This document shows positions 1 through 15,210 of a DNA stretch of 64,000 bases, piece by piece. The stretch's first letter is position 1, and each line of letters starts with the position of its first letter. The notes under the pieces were generated by a model that was not told the origin of the DNA, searched no databases, and saw only the letters and a program-made list of their open reading frames with translations. The position numbers were made by a program, and so were the translations under genes. The DNA lies in the NCBI GenBank assembly GCA_964016885.1, contig OZ024761.1, positions 11,222,001 through 11,286,000 on the forward strand, in the 5' to 3' direction. This stretch comes from Eledone cirrhosa. Taxonomy: Eukaryota.

Positions 1-120
1 TTTGCAGGAAATGTTTTTAATCTTTCGTTTTTCTCATAATCCTTCGTTTTATGTTGGTTTCTTTGAAAAAACTTGCTCCACACACACAATTTCTTTCCAG
101 AGCGCCGTGGTGTTTCAAAG

Positions 121-170
<50 letters not shown>

Positions 171-1789
171 GTAGTATAAAACGGTATACACAACCATATA
201 GAACCCCACACATATTTTTCTTAAAGTCCAGTACTCCAGTACTTATTTTATCGATCTCATTTTGGTATTTGTTTCCAGTAACGTAGCCTTTCGCCAAAAG
301 AAGATCGATAAAAGAATAAGTACAAGATTTGAAGAAAAAAAACAACAAAGAGGTAGTGGTTGATATTATAGACTAAAACCCCCTTTTGGAAGCTGCCCCA
401 GCATGACCGCAGTCTAATGGCTGTAACCAGTTAAAGAATATTGTGTGTGTATTGTATATATATTTTGGTGAACGATTCTTAAAATTAATAATAACTTATG
501 ATTGAAAATCCCCAGCCCTTCAATAAACCCTCGTTGTTTCATCTCAAACTATTTTATTGTCCTTAAATTCCTACTTTCTACATTTTTACCCCCCGACTGG
601 GAGTTTGCGTTTTGTATCAATTATTTTAAATTTCAATGGCGTAGTTTAATATCTTCACAATGTATTATTGGTTGTGTGAAGATGAAGGGAAGTGGGAACC
701 CAGTATTATTAAAATGGCAAGTTCTTTATCTTTATTTTACAGCAAAGCAAAGCAAGCAAGCAGTTGAAAGATATTTTAGTTAAAAACATCATACACACCA
801 TAGAGAGGTGGAAATTAATTTTTATTTAATATACACGAACAGGATTTATTTATTGAAGTTAAATGAAAGGTAGTTGAGTGAAGCAGCCATTCAGTTCAAT
901 GGTTGTTCAACTGACGAATAATGAGTCACTAGGCCTCGTAATTCTATTCTACTCATTAATGAATTATATAAGAAATACAGTATTGTGTAATGGCAGTTAT
1001 AAGCAGCGATAGGTGTAACTGGAGATTTAATTTAATTCAATATTTCCTATATATCGTCTCCTCTTCATTATTTTTTTTAAAATGACCTTCAGATTTAGAT
1101 TTACTACATATTTCATTCGATTGGATCAAGCAAGCAGGCAAACAATCATGGCTTCTTTAACTATTTGTTTGAAGTTGCCTTGCAAAGATGAGAGCATGGC
1201 TTAGCAGATAAGGTAGTGTTTCTGTACCACTAGAAAGAAAAGAAGCAGGATAACTCGTTGCTTGTTGTTAATGGCTGCTGCTTAAATTTAGCTGACTAAT
1301 TCAGTTCAATGTAGTGTATAAGCTGAACTATTTTGTTGGCCATTATATATGAATGGCAGCCTGATAGCATATGGATAGATCTTATATCTCCAAGGACATC
1401 TTGGTTCTGGAATATACTTTTATGCTTTTAATATATTTTCCCCCAGCACACCATTTTCTTCTTGAACCCAATTTGGTTCTAAGTTGACAAATTAGACAGT
1501 TTCAATGGTATAATATAATATATATATATATACATACACATATAGAGAGAGAAAGTGAGAATCTTTCAAATGTTTTGCATAGTTTATTGTCTCAATATTT
1601 ATATTTTTTTAATAATAGATTCTTCTAAGCAAGACTAAGACTATCTTTTTTCCGTTTCCTATTTTCCATAACCTCTCTATAAACACAATGAAAGTAAAAT
1701 ATGGATATTAAAAATGTTTCTACTATTTTAATGAAAGTCTGCATCTTACAATGTCTGTGTTTTATGGTTCTGGATAAATTCATCTCCAA

Positions 1790-2050
1790 ATATAACACAA
1801 CACATCTACAGATAACACAACTCCAGATACAACACATCTACAACACAACACGCCTACAGATATAACAAATGTACAAATACAACACATCTCCAGATACAAC
1901 ACATCTATGTCTACAGATATAACACATCTACAGATACAATACATCTACAGACAACTACAGATACAAGACAGCTACAGATAACACATCTTCAGATACAACA
2001 TATCTATAACTCAACACATCTCCAGGTACAGATACAATTCATCTACAACA
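1790..2050. repeat. Degenerate ~18-bp tandem repeat (ACAACACATCTACAGAT-like)
   Basis: Recurrent acaacacatct(a/c)cagat units read directly. Confidence 0.75.
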
Positions 2051-2069
2051 ATTAACATGTAAAAAAAAA

Positions 2070-2420
2070 ATGAACTGGAATTAAATATGGAAAGATGAAC
2101 TGGAATTATATGTGGAAAGATGAACTGGGATCACATGTGGAAAGATAAGCTTGGATCAAGTGTGAAAGATGAACTGGGATCAAACATGGAAAGATAAACT
2201 GGGATCAAGTGTGGAAAGATGAGCTGAGATCATATATGGAAAGATGAACTTGGATCAAATGTGGAAAGATAAACTGGGATCAAGTGTGGAAAGATGAGCT
2301 GAGATCATATATGGAAAGATGAACTTGGATCAAATGTGGAAAGATAAACTGGGATTACACGTGGGAAAATAAACTGAGATCACAGTGGAAAAGATGAACT
2401 GGGATCATGCATGAAAAAAT
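2070..2420. repeat. 25-bp minisatellite (TGGAAAGATGAACTGGGATCAAATG-like), ~14 copies
   Basis: Tandem 25-nt periodicity. Confidence 0.85.
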
Positions 2421-3396
2421 TAACTTTGACAAAGAAATAACTCATATTTAAATTAAAACCCAGTTTGGTATTTTAAAAACTCCTCAGAAAGCAGAGAAAA
2501 CTCATCTTTGGATGGTTATTTGACAACCATCTTATGTCAGAAAAGAACAATGGTTGTCAAATATTGTTTACATTATAATATTGGGTGACTTGAATTTATT
2601 TTTTTTATATTCATTATGGATATTTGTATGAAATTTCAAAGCCAAATCTTTATAGTCTTCTGATATCAAGCTACTTGAGACCAATCCTAGTTCTACAATA
2701 CAAAACTGTTTATATTTATCTAATCTTTCATCATAATTTTATGTGAGAACCTTTGTTATGTTCCAAACATCAGTTTGATAGTGAGTAAGTTAATTATATT
2801 ACTAAACCATTTCACGTTGTGGAGTATTTTCAAAATGATTTCGAAATTTCAGGCAGTATCTTTCATTAAAAGTATGGTAAAAAAAGGGTTAAAGTGTTTA
2901 GATTAATCTAAAGACCTCCCATCATAATTTTATTTAAGATCCCTTGTTAAGTCATTTTCCAAACACCAGCTTGATAATGAGAACATTTGCTATGTTGTCT
3001 AATTCCTCCAGATTCTTGATTATTTGAAAACCCATAAGCAATGTCTTTCGTTAGAAATATGGTTTAAAAAAGGGTTAATTAAGTAAGAAAAGTTGCAATC
3101 AATATTTTCTTCTTGTGAGCATTCCATGATTGAGAAAGAGAAGCAGAATATATGAGAAAGAAATTTAGAAATTTGGCTTGCTTGAAACATGGCTGGCAAG
3201 CTATTTAGTAAAGCAGCCTCTTATTATAGAGAAGTGTGATTGAACAGCTATATAATAATGATCAGCTCAGCTCTCTATATTTTCTCTTGCAACTGTCACA
3301 TGCACAGCTATGTGTTAGTCATATTTAGCATCACTATTATTACCAAATATGGATATATACACCTAATAATCTATGATTGAGATATATATATATATA

Positions 3397-3479
3397 TACT
3401 GGGTTGTCAAGTATGAAATTTGTAGAAATTTGTTTTTTTTCTATAAATTTCTACAAATTTCACACTTGACAACCCAATA
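3397..3479. mobile_element. Tiny palindromic MITE remnant (Tc1/mariner-like termini) in a TA run
   Basis: gggttgtcaagtatgaaatttgtagaaattt pairs with aaatttctacaaatttcacacttgacaaccc; TA repeats on both sides. Confidence 0.55.
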
Positions 3480-3865
3480 TATATATACAAACATACATAT
3501 ATATATATATACACACACACATATATATATAATCATTGATATCCCTCCAAAAACAAAATAGATTATAAATTATTGATTTTTTTTTAACATTGGCACAAGG
3601 TCAACTATTTAGTATTGAAAGGAGGAAAGTCAATTATATAGACCTTAGTACATTACCGGTACTTTATTTTATTGACTGATAGTTTGTTATATTGTCCACA
3701 AGGGCCCAACACATTGTGTACAATACAGGGATAAATAACAACACGGAGTGGGGCTTACATCGAATAAAAGTCAGAAATCAACAGAAAAATAATATTGATT
3801 TTTTACATAGGCACAAGACCTCAGCTGTTTTGTTGTTGTTGTTGAAGCCCCTAGATTATATTTGC

Positions 3866-4013
3866 AGCACAGAGTTACGGCCCTTTACGGTCAGAGTTAA
3901 AATCCTACCAAGGTTAACTTTGCCTTTCATCCTTACGGAGTCGATAAAATAAAGTACCAGTAATACACTAGGGTAATTGCTGTCCTTGTGCCAAAAGTAG
4001 AAACAATTATATA
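3866..4013 (+). mobile_element. tRNA-derived SINE, Meta-domain-like
   Basis: B-box-like gagttaaaatc followed by gcctttcatccttacggagtcgataaaataaagtaccag, a motif repeated more than 10 times in the window. Confidence 0.8.
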
Positions 4014-4024
4014 ATAATGGCTCT

Positions 4025-4185
4025 CGATTTTGGCACAAGGTCAGCAATTACCCCAGTGAATTACTGGTACTTTATTTTATCGACCCCGTAAGGTTGAAAG
4101 GCAAAGTGAACCTCGGCAGGATTTGAACTCAGAACATAAAGGGCCATAACTCTATGCTCTACCAATTATTGCCAAACCACCACTC
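4025..4185 (-). mobile_element. tRNA-derived SINE, Meta-domain-like (inverted partner of the previous copy)
   Basis: Reverse complement of the same head and Meta-like core (ctggtactttattttatcgaccccgtaagg...atttgaactcag). Confidence 0.8.
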
Positions 4186-4359
4186 TTGATTATATAACAG
4201 TGGATTCTGATTTAGGAACAAGGCCAGCAATTTTTGGAGAGCGGGAACGATCACTGGTGTTATTCAGTAATACAGAAGACCTGCCTTCTCATGGGCGCAG
4301 ACTGAAACATATAGTATGTACCACCTCATCCCACTCTTCCATACATCTAGTGAAGCCTC

Positions 4360-5130
4360 CAGCCCACACTGTAGAGTGGTTGTGTAGGTGACACTACAAA
4401 AAGCACCCAGCCCACTGGAGAGTGGTTGTGTAGGTGTCACCACAAAAAGCACCCAGCCCACACTGTAGAGTGGTTGTGTAGGTGTCACTACAAAAAGCAC
4501 CCAGCCCACTGGAGAGTGGTTGTGTAGGTGTCACCACAAAAAGCGCCCAGTCCACACTGTAAAGTGGTCGTGTAGGTGTCACCACAAAAAGCGCCCAGCC
4601 CACTGTAAAGTGGTCGTGTAGGTGACACGACAAAAAGCGCCCAGCCCACACTGTAGAGTGGTCGTGTAGGTGACACTACAAAAAGCACCCAGCCCACTGT
4701 AAAGTGGTCGTGTAGGTGACACGACAAAAAGCACCCAGCCCACACTGTAAAGTGGTCGTGTAGGTGTCACCACCAAAAGCACCCAGCCCACACTGTAAAG
4801 TGTCACCACAAAAAGCACCCAGTCCACACTGTAAAGTGGTCATGTAGGTGACACGACAAAAAGCGCCCAGCCCACACAGTAAAGTGGTCGTGTAGGTGAC
4901 ACGACAAAAAGCGCCCAGCCCACACTGTAAAGTGGTCATGTAGGTGTCATGACAAAAAGCACACGGGACTCAATGTAAATGTGGTTGGTGTTAGATAGGG
5001 CAGCCAGCTGTAGAAAACAGGCCAAAATCAGTTCTGTATAAGACATGGTCACCTGACCTGGCATTTTTAAAAACAGGACAACTTGTCTAACACATGCTAG
5101 CATGGAAAAATGGACACTAAACGATGATGA
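4360..5130 (+). mobile_element. RTE/SINE 3' tail with internal 46-48-bp tandem array (4360-4965)
   Basis: Units cccagcccacactgtaaagtggtcgtgtaggtgtcaccacaaaaagc, then the shared tail ...catgctagcatggaaaaatggacactaaacgatgatga. Confidence 0.8.
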
Positions 5131-5242
5131 TAAAGAGACAGGCCGATGTTTGTTCTTTCGTAGTTTTGCTTCCCATTTGACAGAACCAGGCAGTAGAGTT
5201 TAAGTCCTGGGTCTCACTGGTTTACAAACATTTGTACCTTAC

Positions 5243-5722
5243 TTAACCGTTTAGCATCTACATTACTCTATATATACTATTATATTTTTGTGGTAAACAC
5301 TTCAACTCACATAATGTCATACTGATGTCAAGGTATTGTTCTCAAAATAAATAACATCAAAATCTCATAGATTTGATATTAAGTTAGATAAAGCCTTTAC
5401 CGTGAAAATACAATAGTATATAGAGAGTTATGTAGATGCTATGTGAGATATTATGTGAGGTAAAGCCTTTACTGTGAAAATACAATAGTATATAGGGAGT
5501 AATGTAGATGCTATGTGAGATATGTGAGGTAAAGCCTTTACTGTGAAAATACAATAGTATATATAGAGTAATGTAAATGTTATGCGAGATATTATGTGAG
5601 GTAAAGTCTTTACTGTGAAAATACAATAGGAGATATAGAGTAATGTAAATGTTATGTGACCTAAAGCCTTTACTGTGAAAATACAATAGTGTATATAGAG
5701 TAATGGAAATGTTAAAGGTTAA
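5243..5722. mobile_element. piggyBac-like MITE (TTAA-flanked) with internal ~63-bp tandem repeats
   Basis: TTAA|ccgtttagcatctacattactctata at left and tatagagtaatggaaatgttaaagg|TTAA at right form imperfect TIRs; subterminal unit repeated about 5 times at 5385-5700. Confidence 0.6.
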
Positions 5723-5822
5723 TTAGGTCTGATGTAAAGAAAGGCATCCAGCTGTAGAAAACAGCCTCATCCAACCCATAGCAGCATAGAGAAGTTGACA
5801 TAAATGCAATGATGATAAACAA

Positions 5823-6153
5823 ATGTCATTAACCCTTTCATTACCATATTTCTAATGAAAGACACTGTCTATGTCTTTAACCCTTTCATTACCATATTTC
5901 TAATGAAAGACAGTCTATGTCTTTAACCCTTTCATTACATAGACAGTGTCTTTCATTAGAAATATGGTAATGAAAGGGTTAATGACATAAACAGTGTCTT
6001 TCATTAGAAATATGGTAATGAAAGGGTTAATGACATAGACAGTGTCTTTCATTAGAAATATGGTAATGAAAGGGTTAATGACATAAACAGTGTCTTTCAT
6101 TAGAAATATGGTAATGAAAGGGTTAATGACATAGACAGTGTCTTTCATTAGAA
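5823..6153. repeat. 48-bp minisatellite with an internal orientation switch
   Basis: About 2.3 units ttaaccctttcattaccatatttctaatgaaagacactgtctatgtc, then about 4.5 reverse-complement units. Confidence 0.85.
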
Positions 6154-6391
6154 GGACCCTGCAGTCATGTCAAAGATATAACAACTTCCCTAGTGTTTGT
6201 GATCTACACGATAAATACACCCAGTACACTCTGTAAAGTGGTTGGTGATAGGAAGAGCATGCAATAGAATCTTTTTTTAAAAAAGGATGAAAAAAAAACA
6301 AACAAAAATATAGAACATATTTACAAGATTTTAATAAAGAAAAATATAGACAAGGAGATATGTTTTGAAAATAATTAAAGGTGAAGTGGGT

Positions 6392-7128
<737 letters not shown>

Positions 7129-7349
7129 GTACCTCTGGCATTCACGGAATTTTCCTTAGAACTTAACTAATAATTTTAAAATGTATTAATTGATATGTTC
7201 TCAAGTTGTCTGTTGTATATTTAATTAAAAACATTTTGAAGACCATTCGCCATGAATTTTAAAGTAGTGACCAAGCATAGACGAGTTGAGAGAGAAACTG
7301 TCTAAGAGGGATAAGCTGTGGTGTGCGGGAGAGAAGGCTGCATTGGTTG

Positions 7350-7472
7350 AATGAACTGGAGCAACGTGAAATAAAGTGTCTTGCTCAAGGAAACAACACA
7401 TCACCCGGTCTGAGAATTGAACTCACCTTTCGATTGCATGCCTAATGCTCTAACCACTAAGCCGTGCGCCTT
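7350..7472 (-). mobile_element. CORE-like tRNA-derived SINE head
   Basis: Minus strand: A box ggcttagtgg, B box gagttcaattc, then ccttgagcaagacactttatttcac. Confidence 0.75.
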
Positions 7473-8059
7473 CACATACTATACATATATTCATATATAT
7501 ATATATATCATTAAAAAAGGGGGATAAAGATGTGTCAGTAATATTCAATAACTTCGTTTCATTACATATATGCTAGATGTTCGATTTGGTGCTCTGATAA
7601 AAAGCACCAGGTAACGTGGTTGGTGTTAGAAAAGGCAGCCAGCTATAGGGTTCCATATGAGCAAGACGGGGTTTCACGTCTAACACATGGAAACAGTGAC
7701 ATGTGTGTCTGTATGTGTGAGATGACTAATTTAATAACTAAAGAGAAGTAAATCTTGAAACAATCCAGAAGAGTCTTTTCCAATTATTTCCCTTGATTAT
7801 TAAACGACTTGTTTCAACTGTCCCAACACAAAGTCATGACCTGGTTGCTCTACCGACTACAAATACTTCCATCAAACTGAATTAAACCTGACCAAAAAAC
7901 ACCAATGTTTTGTCCTTAATCCCATTCACAAGTCTGTAATAAGCAGACGATAGTTACGTGTGTTTGAGTGTGATTGTTTGTGTGTTAGAGTATTTGTGTG
8001 AGTGTGTGTGTGTGTCAGTGTTTGCGTATATGCGTCCTATGAGATTCAACCTTGTAGGA

Positions 8060-11000
8060 GGCCAGCTAAATCTACAAAGGTGTGAGCTGTGACAACACAA
8101 GAGGCCAGCTAAATCTACATAGGTGTGAGCTGTGACAACACAAGAAGCCAGCTAAATCTACATAGGTGTGAGCTGTGACAACACAAGAAGCCACTAAATT
8201 TACATAGGTGTGAGCTGTGACAACACAAGAAGCCAGCTAAATCTACATAGGTGTGAGCTGTGACAACACAAGAAGCCACTAAACCTACATAGGTGTAAGC
8301 TGTGACAACACAAGAAGCCAGCTAAACCTACATAGGTGTGAGCTGTGACAACACAAGAAGCCAGCTAAACCTACATAGGTGTGAGCTGTGACAACACAAG
8401 AAGCCACTAAATCTACATAGGTGTGAGCTGTGACAACACAAGAAGCCAGCTAAACCTACATAGGTGTGAGCTGTGACAACACAAGAAGCCACTAAATCTA
8501 CATAGGTGCGAGTTGTGACAACACAAGAAGCCAGCTAAACCTACATAGGTGTGAGCTGTGGCAACACAAGAAGCCAGCTAAACCTATATAGGTGTGAGCT
8601 GTGACAACACAAGAAGCCACTAAACCTACATAGGTGTGAGCTGTGACAACACAAGAAGCCAGCTAAACCTACATAGGTGTGAGCTATGGCAACACAAGAA
8701 GCCACTAAATCTACATAGGTGTGAGCTGTGACAACACAAGAAGCCACTAAATCTACATAGGTGTGAGCTGTGACAACACAAGAAGCCACTAAACCTACAT
8801 AGGTGTGAGCTGTGACAACACAAGAAGCCACTAAACCTACATAGGTGTGAGCTGTGACAACACAAGAAGCCAGCCAAACCTACATAGGTGTGAGCTGTGA
8901 CAACACAAGAAGCCAGCTAAATCTACATAGGTGTGAGCTGTGACAACACAAGAAGCCAGCTAAACCTACATAGGTGTGAGCTGTGACAACACAAGAAGCC
9001 ACTAAATCTACATAGGTGTGAGCTGTGACAACACAAGAAACCAGCTAAATCTACATAGGTGTGAGCTGTGACAACACAAGAAGCCAGCTAAACCTACATA
9101 GGTGTGAGCTGTGACAACACAAGAAGCCACTAAATCTACATAGGTGTGAGCTGTGACTACACAAGAAGCCACTAAATCTACATAGGTGTGAGCTGTGACA
9201 ACACAAGATGCCACTAAATCTACATAGGTGTGAGCTGTGACAACACAAGAAGCCACTAAACCTACATAGGTGCGAGTTGTGACAACACAAGAAGCCACTA
9301 AACCTACATAGGTGCGAGTTGTGACAACACAAGAAGCCACTAAACCTACATAGGTGTGAGCTGTGACAACACAGGAAGCCACTAAACCTACATAGGTGTG
9401 AGCTGTGACAACACAAGAAGCCAGGTAAACCTACATAGGTGTGAGCTGTGACAACACAAGAAGCCACTAAACCTACATAGGTGTGAGCTGTGACAACACA
9501 AGAAGCCAGGTAAACCTACATAGGTGTGAGCTGTGACAACACAAGAAGCCAGGTAAACCTACATAGGTGTGAGCTGTGACAACACAAGAAGCCAGCTAAA
9601 CCTACATAGGTGTGAGCTGTGACAACACAAGAAGCCAGGTAAACCTACATAGGTGTGAGCTGTGACAACACAAGAAGCCAGGTAAACCTACATAGGTGTG
9701 AGCTGTGACAACACAAGAAGCCAGCTAAATCTACATAGGTGTAAGCTGTGACAACACAAGAAGCCACTAAACCTACATAGGTGTGAGCTGTGACAACACA
9801 AGAAGCCAGCTAAACCTACATAGGTGTGAGCTGTGACAACACAAGAAGCCAGCCAAACCTACATAGGTGTGAGTTGTGACAACACAAGAAGCCACTAAAT
9901 CTACATAGGTGTGAGCTGTGACAACACAAGAAGCCACTAAATCTACATAGGTGTGAGCTGTGACAACACAAGAAGCCACTAAACCTACATAGGTGTGAGC
10001 TGTGACAACACAAGAAGCCAGCCAAACCTACATAGGTGTGAGCTGTGACAACACAAGAAGCCAGCTAAATCTACATAGGTGTAAGCTGTGACAACACAAG
10101 AAGCCAGCTAAACCTACATAGGTGTGAGCTGTGACAACACAAGAAGCCACTAAATCTACATAGGTGTGAGCTGTGACAACACAAGAAACCAGCTAAATCT
10201 ACATAGGTGTGAGCTGTGACAACACAAGAAGCCACTAAATCTACATAGGTGTGAGCTGTGACAACACAAGAAACCAGCTAAATCTACATAGGTGTGAGCT
10301 GTGACAACACAAGAAGCCACTAAATCTACATAGGTGTGAGCTGTGACAACACAAGAAGCCAGCTAAACCTACATAGGTGTGAGCTGTGACAACACAAGAA
10401 GCCAGCCAAACCTACATAGGTGTGAGTTGTGACAACACAAGAAGCCACTAAATCTACATAGGTGTGAGCTGTGACAACACAAGAAGCCACTAAATCTACA
10501 TAGGTGTGAGCTGTGACAACACAAGAAGCCACTAAACCTACATAGGTGTGAGCTGTGACAACACAAGAAGCCAGCTAAACCTACATAGGTGTGAGCTGTG
10601 ACAACACAAGAAGCCACTAAATCTACATAGGTGTGAGCTGTGACAACACAAGAAGCCACTAAACCTACATAGGTGTGAGCTGTGACAACACAAGAAGCCA
10701 CTAAACCTACATAGGTGTGAGCTGTGACAACACAAGAAGCCACTAAATCTACATAGGTGTGAGCTGTGACAACACAAGAAGCCACTAAACCTACATAGGT
10801 GTGAGCTGTGACAACACAAGAAGCCACTAAACCTACATAGGTGTGAGCTGTGACAACACAAGAAGCCACTAAACCTACATAGGTGTGAGCTGTGACAACA
10901 CAAGAAGCCACTAAACCTACATAGGTGTGAGCTGTGACAACACAAGAAGCCACTAAACCTACATAGGTGTGAGCTGTGACAACACAAGAAGCCAGGTAAA

Positions 11001-12625
11001 CCTACATAGGTGTGAGCTGTGACAACACAAGAAGCCAGCTAAACCTACATAGGTGTGAGCTGTGACAACACAAGAAGCCACTAAATCTACATAGGTGTGA
11101 GCTGTGACAACACAAGAAGCCACTAAATCTACATAGGTGTGAGCTGTGACAACACAAGAAGCCACTAAATCTACATAGGTGTGAGCTGTGACAACACAAG
11201 AAGCCACTAAACCTACATAGGTGTGAGCTGTGACAACACAAGAAGCCACTAAATCTACATAGGTGTGAGCTGTGACAACACAAGAAGCCAGCTAAACCTA
11301 CATAGGTGTGAGCTGTGACAACACAAGAAGCCAGCTAAACCTACATAGGTGTGAGCTGTGACAACACAAGAAGCCACTAAACCTACATAGGTGTGAGCTG
11401 TGACAACACAAGAAGCCACTAAACCTACATAGGTGTGAGCTGTGACAACACAAGAAGCCACTAAACCTACATAGGTGTGAGCTGTGACAACACAAGAAGC
11501 CAGCTAAACCTACATAGGTGTGAGCTGTGACAACACAAGAAGCCAGCTAAACCTACATAGGTGTGAGCTGTGGCAACACAAGAAGCCAGCTAAACCTACA
11601 TAGGTGTGAGCTGTGACAACACAAGAAGCCACTAAATCTACATAGGTGTGAGCTGTGACAACACAAGAAGCCACTAAACCTACATAGGTGTGAGCTGTGA
11701 CAACACAAGAAGCCACTAAACCTACATAGGTGTGAGCTGTGACAACACAAGAAGCCACTAAACCTACATAGGTGTGAGCTGTGACAACACAAGAAGCCAC
11801 TAAACCTACATAGGTGTGAGCTGTGACAACACAAGAAGCCAGCTAAACCTACATAGGTGTGAGCTGTGACAACACAAGAAGCCAGCTAAACCTACATAGG
11901 TGTGAGCTGTGACAACACAAGAAGCCACTAAATCTACATAGGTGTGAGCTGTGACAACACAAGAAGCCACTAAACCTACATAGGTGTGAGCTGTGACAAC
12001 ACAAGAAGCCACTAAACCTACATAGGTGTGAGCTGTGACAACACAAGAAGCCACTAAACCTACATAGGTGTAAGCTGTGACAACACAAGAAGCCAGCCAA
12101 ACCTACATAGGTGTGAGCTGTGACAACACAAGAAGCCACTAAACCTACATAGGTGTGAGCTGTAACAACACAAGAAGCCACTAAACCTACATAGGTGTGA
12201 GCTGTGACAACACAGGAGGCCAGGTAAACCTACATAGGTGTGAGCTGTGACAACACAAGAAGCCACTAAACCTACATAGGTGTGAGCTGTGACAACACAA
12301 GAAGCCAGCTAAACCTACATAGGTGTGAGCTGTGACAACACAAGAAGCCAGCTAAACCTACATAGGTGTGAGCTGTGACAACACAAGAAGCCACTAAACC
12401 TACATAGGTGTGAGCTGTGACAACACAAGAAGCCACTAAACCTACATAGGTGTGAGCTGTAACAACACAAGAAGCCACTAAACCTACATAGGTGTGAGCT
12501 GTGACAACACAAGAAGCCACTAAACCTACATAGGTGTGAGCTGTGACAACACAAGAAGCCACTAAACCTACATAGGTGTGAGCTGTAACAACACAGGAGG
12601 CCAGGTAAACCTACATAGGTGTGAT
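8060..12625. repeat. 42/43-bp minisatellite, ~107 copies, filling most of the POLR2L coding intron
   Basis: Unit ctacataggtgtgagctgtgacaacacaagaagcca(g)ctaaa(c/t). Confidence 0.97.
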
Positions 12626-12677
12626 GTGATATTTTCCATAGAATGTACATAGATCAGCTGTGATGTTAAGTTACTCA

Positions 12678-12806
<129 letters not shown>

Positions 12807-13054
12807 TTAAACTGAAAGAGATGTATGTAACAAGTTAGTTAGAGAGTACATTCTAGAAAGCAGTTGTAGAACCCATGCTAACAGCGGACATATAGCAGTG
12901 AGATGAGGACTGTAGCTCCAATTACTCTATATCAGTGGTTCCCAACCTTTTGTGTATTATGCCCCATCTCAACATCTAATAAAATTGTTATCCCCCACAA
13001 CCCTTTCATATGAAAACAGCAATGATCAATTGTAAAGTGTAAACATATTGGTGT

Positions 13055-14921
13055 ATAGGTGGTGCCAGAGGTACGATAACATGGTGGAGGTGAGATAGGA
13101 GTTTCTGACGGTAATGTGTACCATATAGGTGGTGCCAGAGGTACGATAACATGGTGGAGGTGAGATAGGAGTTTCTGACGGTAATGTGTACCATATAGGT
13201 GGTGCCAGAGGTACGATAACATGGTGGAGGTGAGATAGGAGTTTCTGACGGTAATGTGTACCATATAGGTGGTGCCAGAGGTACGATAACATGGTGGAGG
13301 TGAGATAGGAGTTTCTGACGGTAATGTGTACCATATAGGTGGTGCCAGAGGTACAATAACATGGTGGAGGTGAGATAGGAGTTTTTGACGGTAATGTGTA
13401 CCATATAGGTGGTGCCAGAGGTACAATAACATGGTGGTGGTGAGATAGGAGTTTCTGACGGTAATGTGTACCATATAGGTGATGCCAGAGGTACAATAAC
13501 ATGGTGGAGGTGAGATAGGAGTTTCTGACGGTAATGTGTACCATATAGGTGGTGCCAGAGGTACAATAACATGGTGGAGGTGAGATAGGAGTTTCTGACG
13601 GTAATGTGTACCATATAGGTGGTGCCAGAGGTACAATAACATGGTGGAGGTGAGATAGGAGTTTCTGACGGTAATGTGTACCATATAGGTGATGCCAGAG
13701 GTACAATAACATGTGGTGGAGGTGAGATAGGAGTTTCTGACGGTAATGTGTACCATATAGGTGGTGCCAGAGGTACAATAACATGGTGGTGGTGAGATAG
13801 GAGTTTCTGACAGTAATGTGTACCATATAGGTGGTGCCAGAGGTACAACATGGTGGAGGTGAGATAGGAGTTTCTGACAGTAATGTGTACCATATAGGTG
13901 GTGCCAGAGGTACAATAACATGGTGGAGGTGAGATAGGAGTTTCTGACGGTAATGTGTACCATATAGGTGGTGCCAGAGGTACAATAACATGGTGGAGGT
14001 GAGATAGGAGTTTCTGACAGTAATGTGTACCATATAGGTGGTGCCAGAGGTACAATAACATGGTGGAGGTGAGATAGGAGTTTCTGACGGTAATGTGTAC
14101 CATATAGGTGGTGCCAGAGGTACAATAACATGGTGGAGGTGAGATAGGAGTTTCTGACAGTAATGTGTACCATATAGGTGGTGCCAGAGGTACAATAACA
14201 TGGTGGTGGTGAGATAGGAGTTTCTGACAGTAATGTGTACCATATAGGTGGTGCCAGAGGTACAATAACATGGTGGAGGTGAGATAGGAGTTTCTGACAG
14301 TAATGTGTACCATATAGATGGTGCCAGAGGTACAATAACATGGTGGAGGTGAGATAGGAGTTTCTGACGGTAATGTGTACCATATAGGTGGTGCCAGAGG
14401 TACAATAACATGGTGGAGGTGAGATAGGAGTTTCTGACGGTAATGTGTACCATATAGGTGATGCCAGAGGTACAATAACATGGTGGTGGTGAGATAGGAG
14501 TTTCTGACAGTAATGTGTACCATATAGGTGGTGCCAGAGGTACAATAACATGGTGGAGGTGAGATAGGAGTTTCTGACAGTAATGTGTACCATATAGGTG
14601 GTGCCAGAGGTACAATAACATGGTGGAGGTGAGATAGGAGTTTCTGACGGTAATGTGTACCATATAGGTGGTGCCAGAGGTACAATAACATGGTGGAGGT
14701 GAGATAGGAGTTTCTGACGGTAATGTGTACCATATAGGTGGTGCCAGAGGTACAATAACATGGTGGAGGTGAGATAGGAGTTTCTGACGGTAATGTGTAC
14801 CATATAGGTGATGCCAGAGGTACAATAACATGTGGTGGTGGTGGTGAGATAGGAGTTTCTGACAGTAATGTGTACCATATAGGTGGTGCCAGAGGTACAA
14901 TAACATGTGGTGGAGGTGAGA
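13055..14921. repeat. 70-bp minisatellite, ~27 copies
   Basis: Unit ataggtggtgccagaggtacaataacatggtggaggtgagataggagtttctgacggtaatgtgtaccat; source of the three 575-648 aa spurious ORFs. Confidence 0.97.
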
Positions 14922-15124
14922 CTAACCCTAACCTTAACCCTTCGTCAATCTATTGCAAGAGAGCTTGTATGTATGTGTGTCCATTTGTACCATATGTTCA
15001 GTGGTGGCCATAATTCGAAGGTCGCACATACAGGTTAAGTGAACGAAACTTTATGCAAGCATGGAAAAGATGATGATATATACATACAAATGTTATATAC
15101 CCAACATGTCCATTAATTCAAGTA

Positions 15125-15210
15125 GAAGAGCGTGGTTCAGTGGTTAGAGAATTAGATTAGGGCGATGTCTTATGTCCTTGAGCAAGACACTTTCTTTCAC
15201 GTTGCTTCTT
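15125..15210 (+). mobile_element. CORE-like SINE fragment
   Basis: gcgtggttcagtggttagag...tgtccttgagcaagacactttctttcacgttgct. Confidence 0.6.

Noticed and set aside
500-1780. Unique AT-rich segment as a gene
   Set aside because: No convincing ORF, splice pattern or RNA motif.
14922-14941. Telomere repeat or telomerase RNA template (ctaaccctaaccttaaccct)
   Set aside because: Only about 3 imperfect units at an array edge, with no supporting structure.
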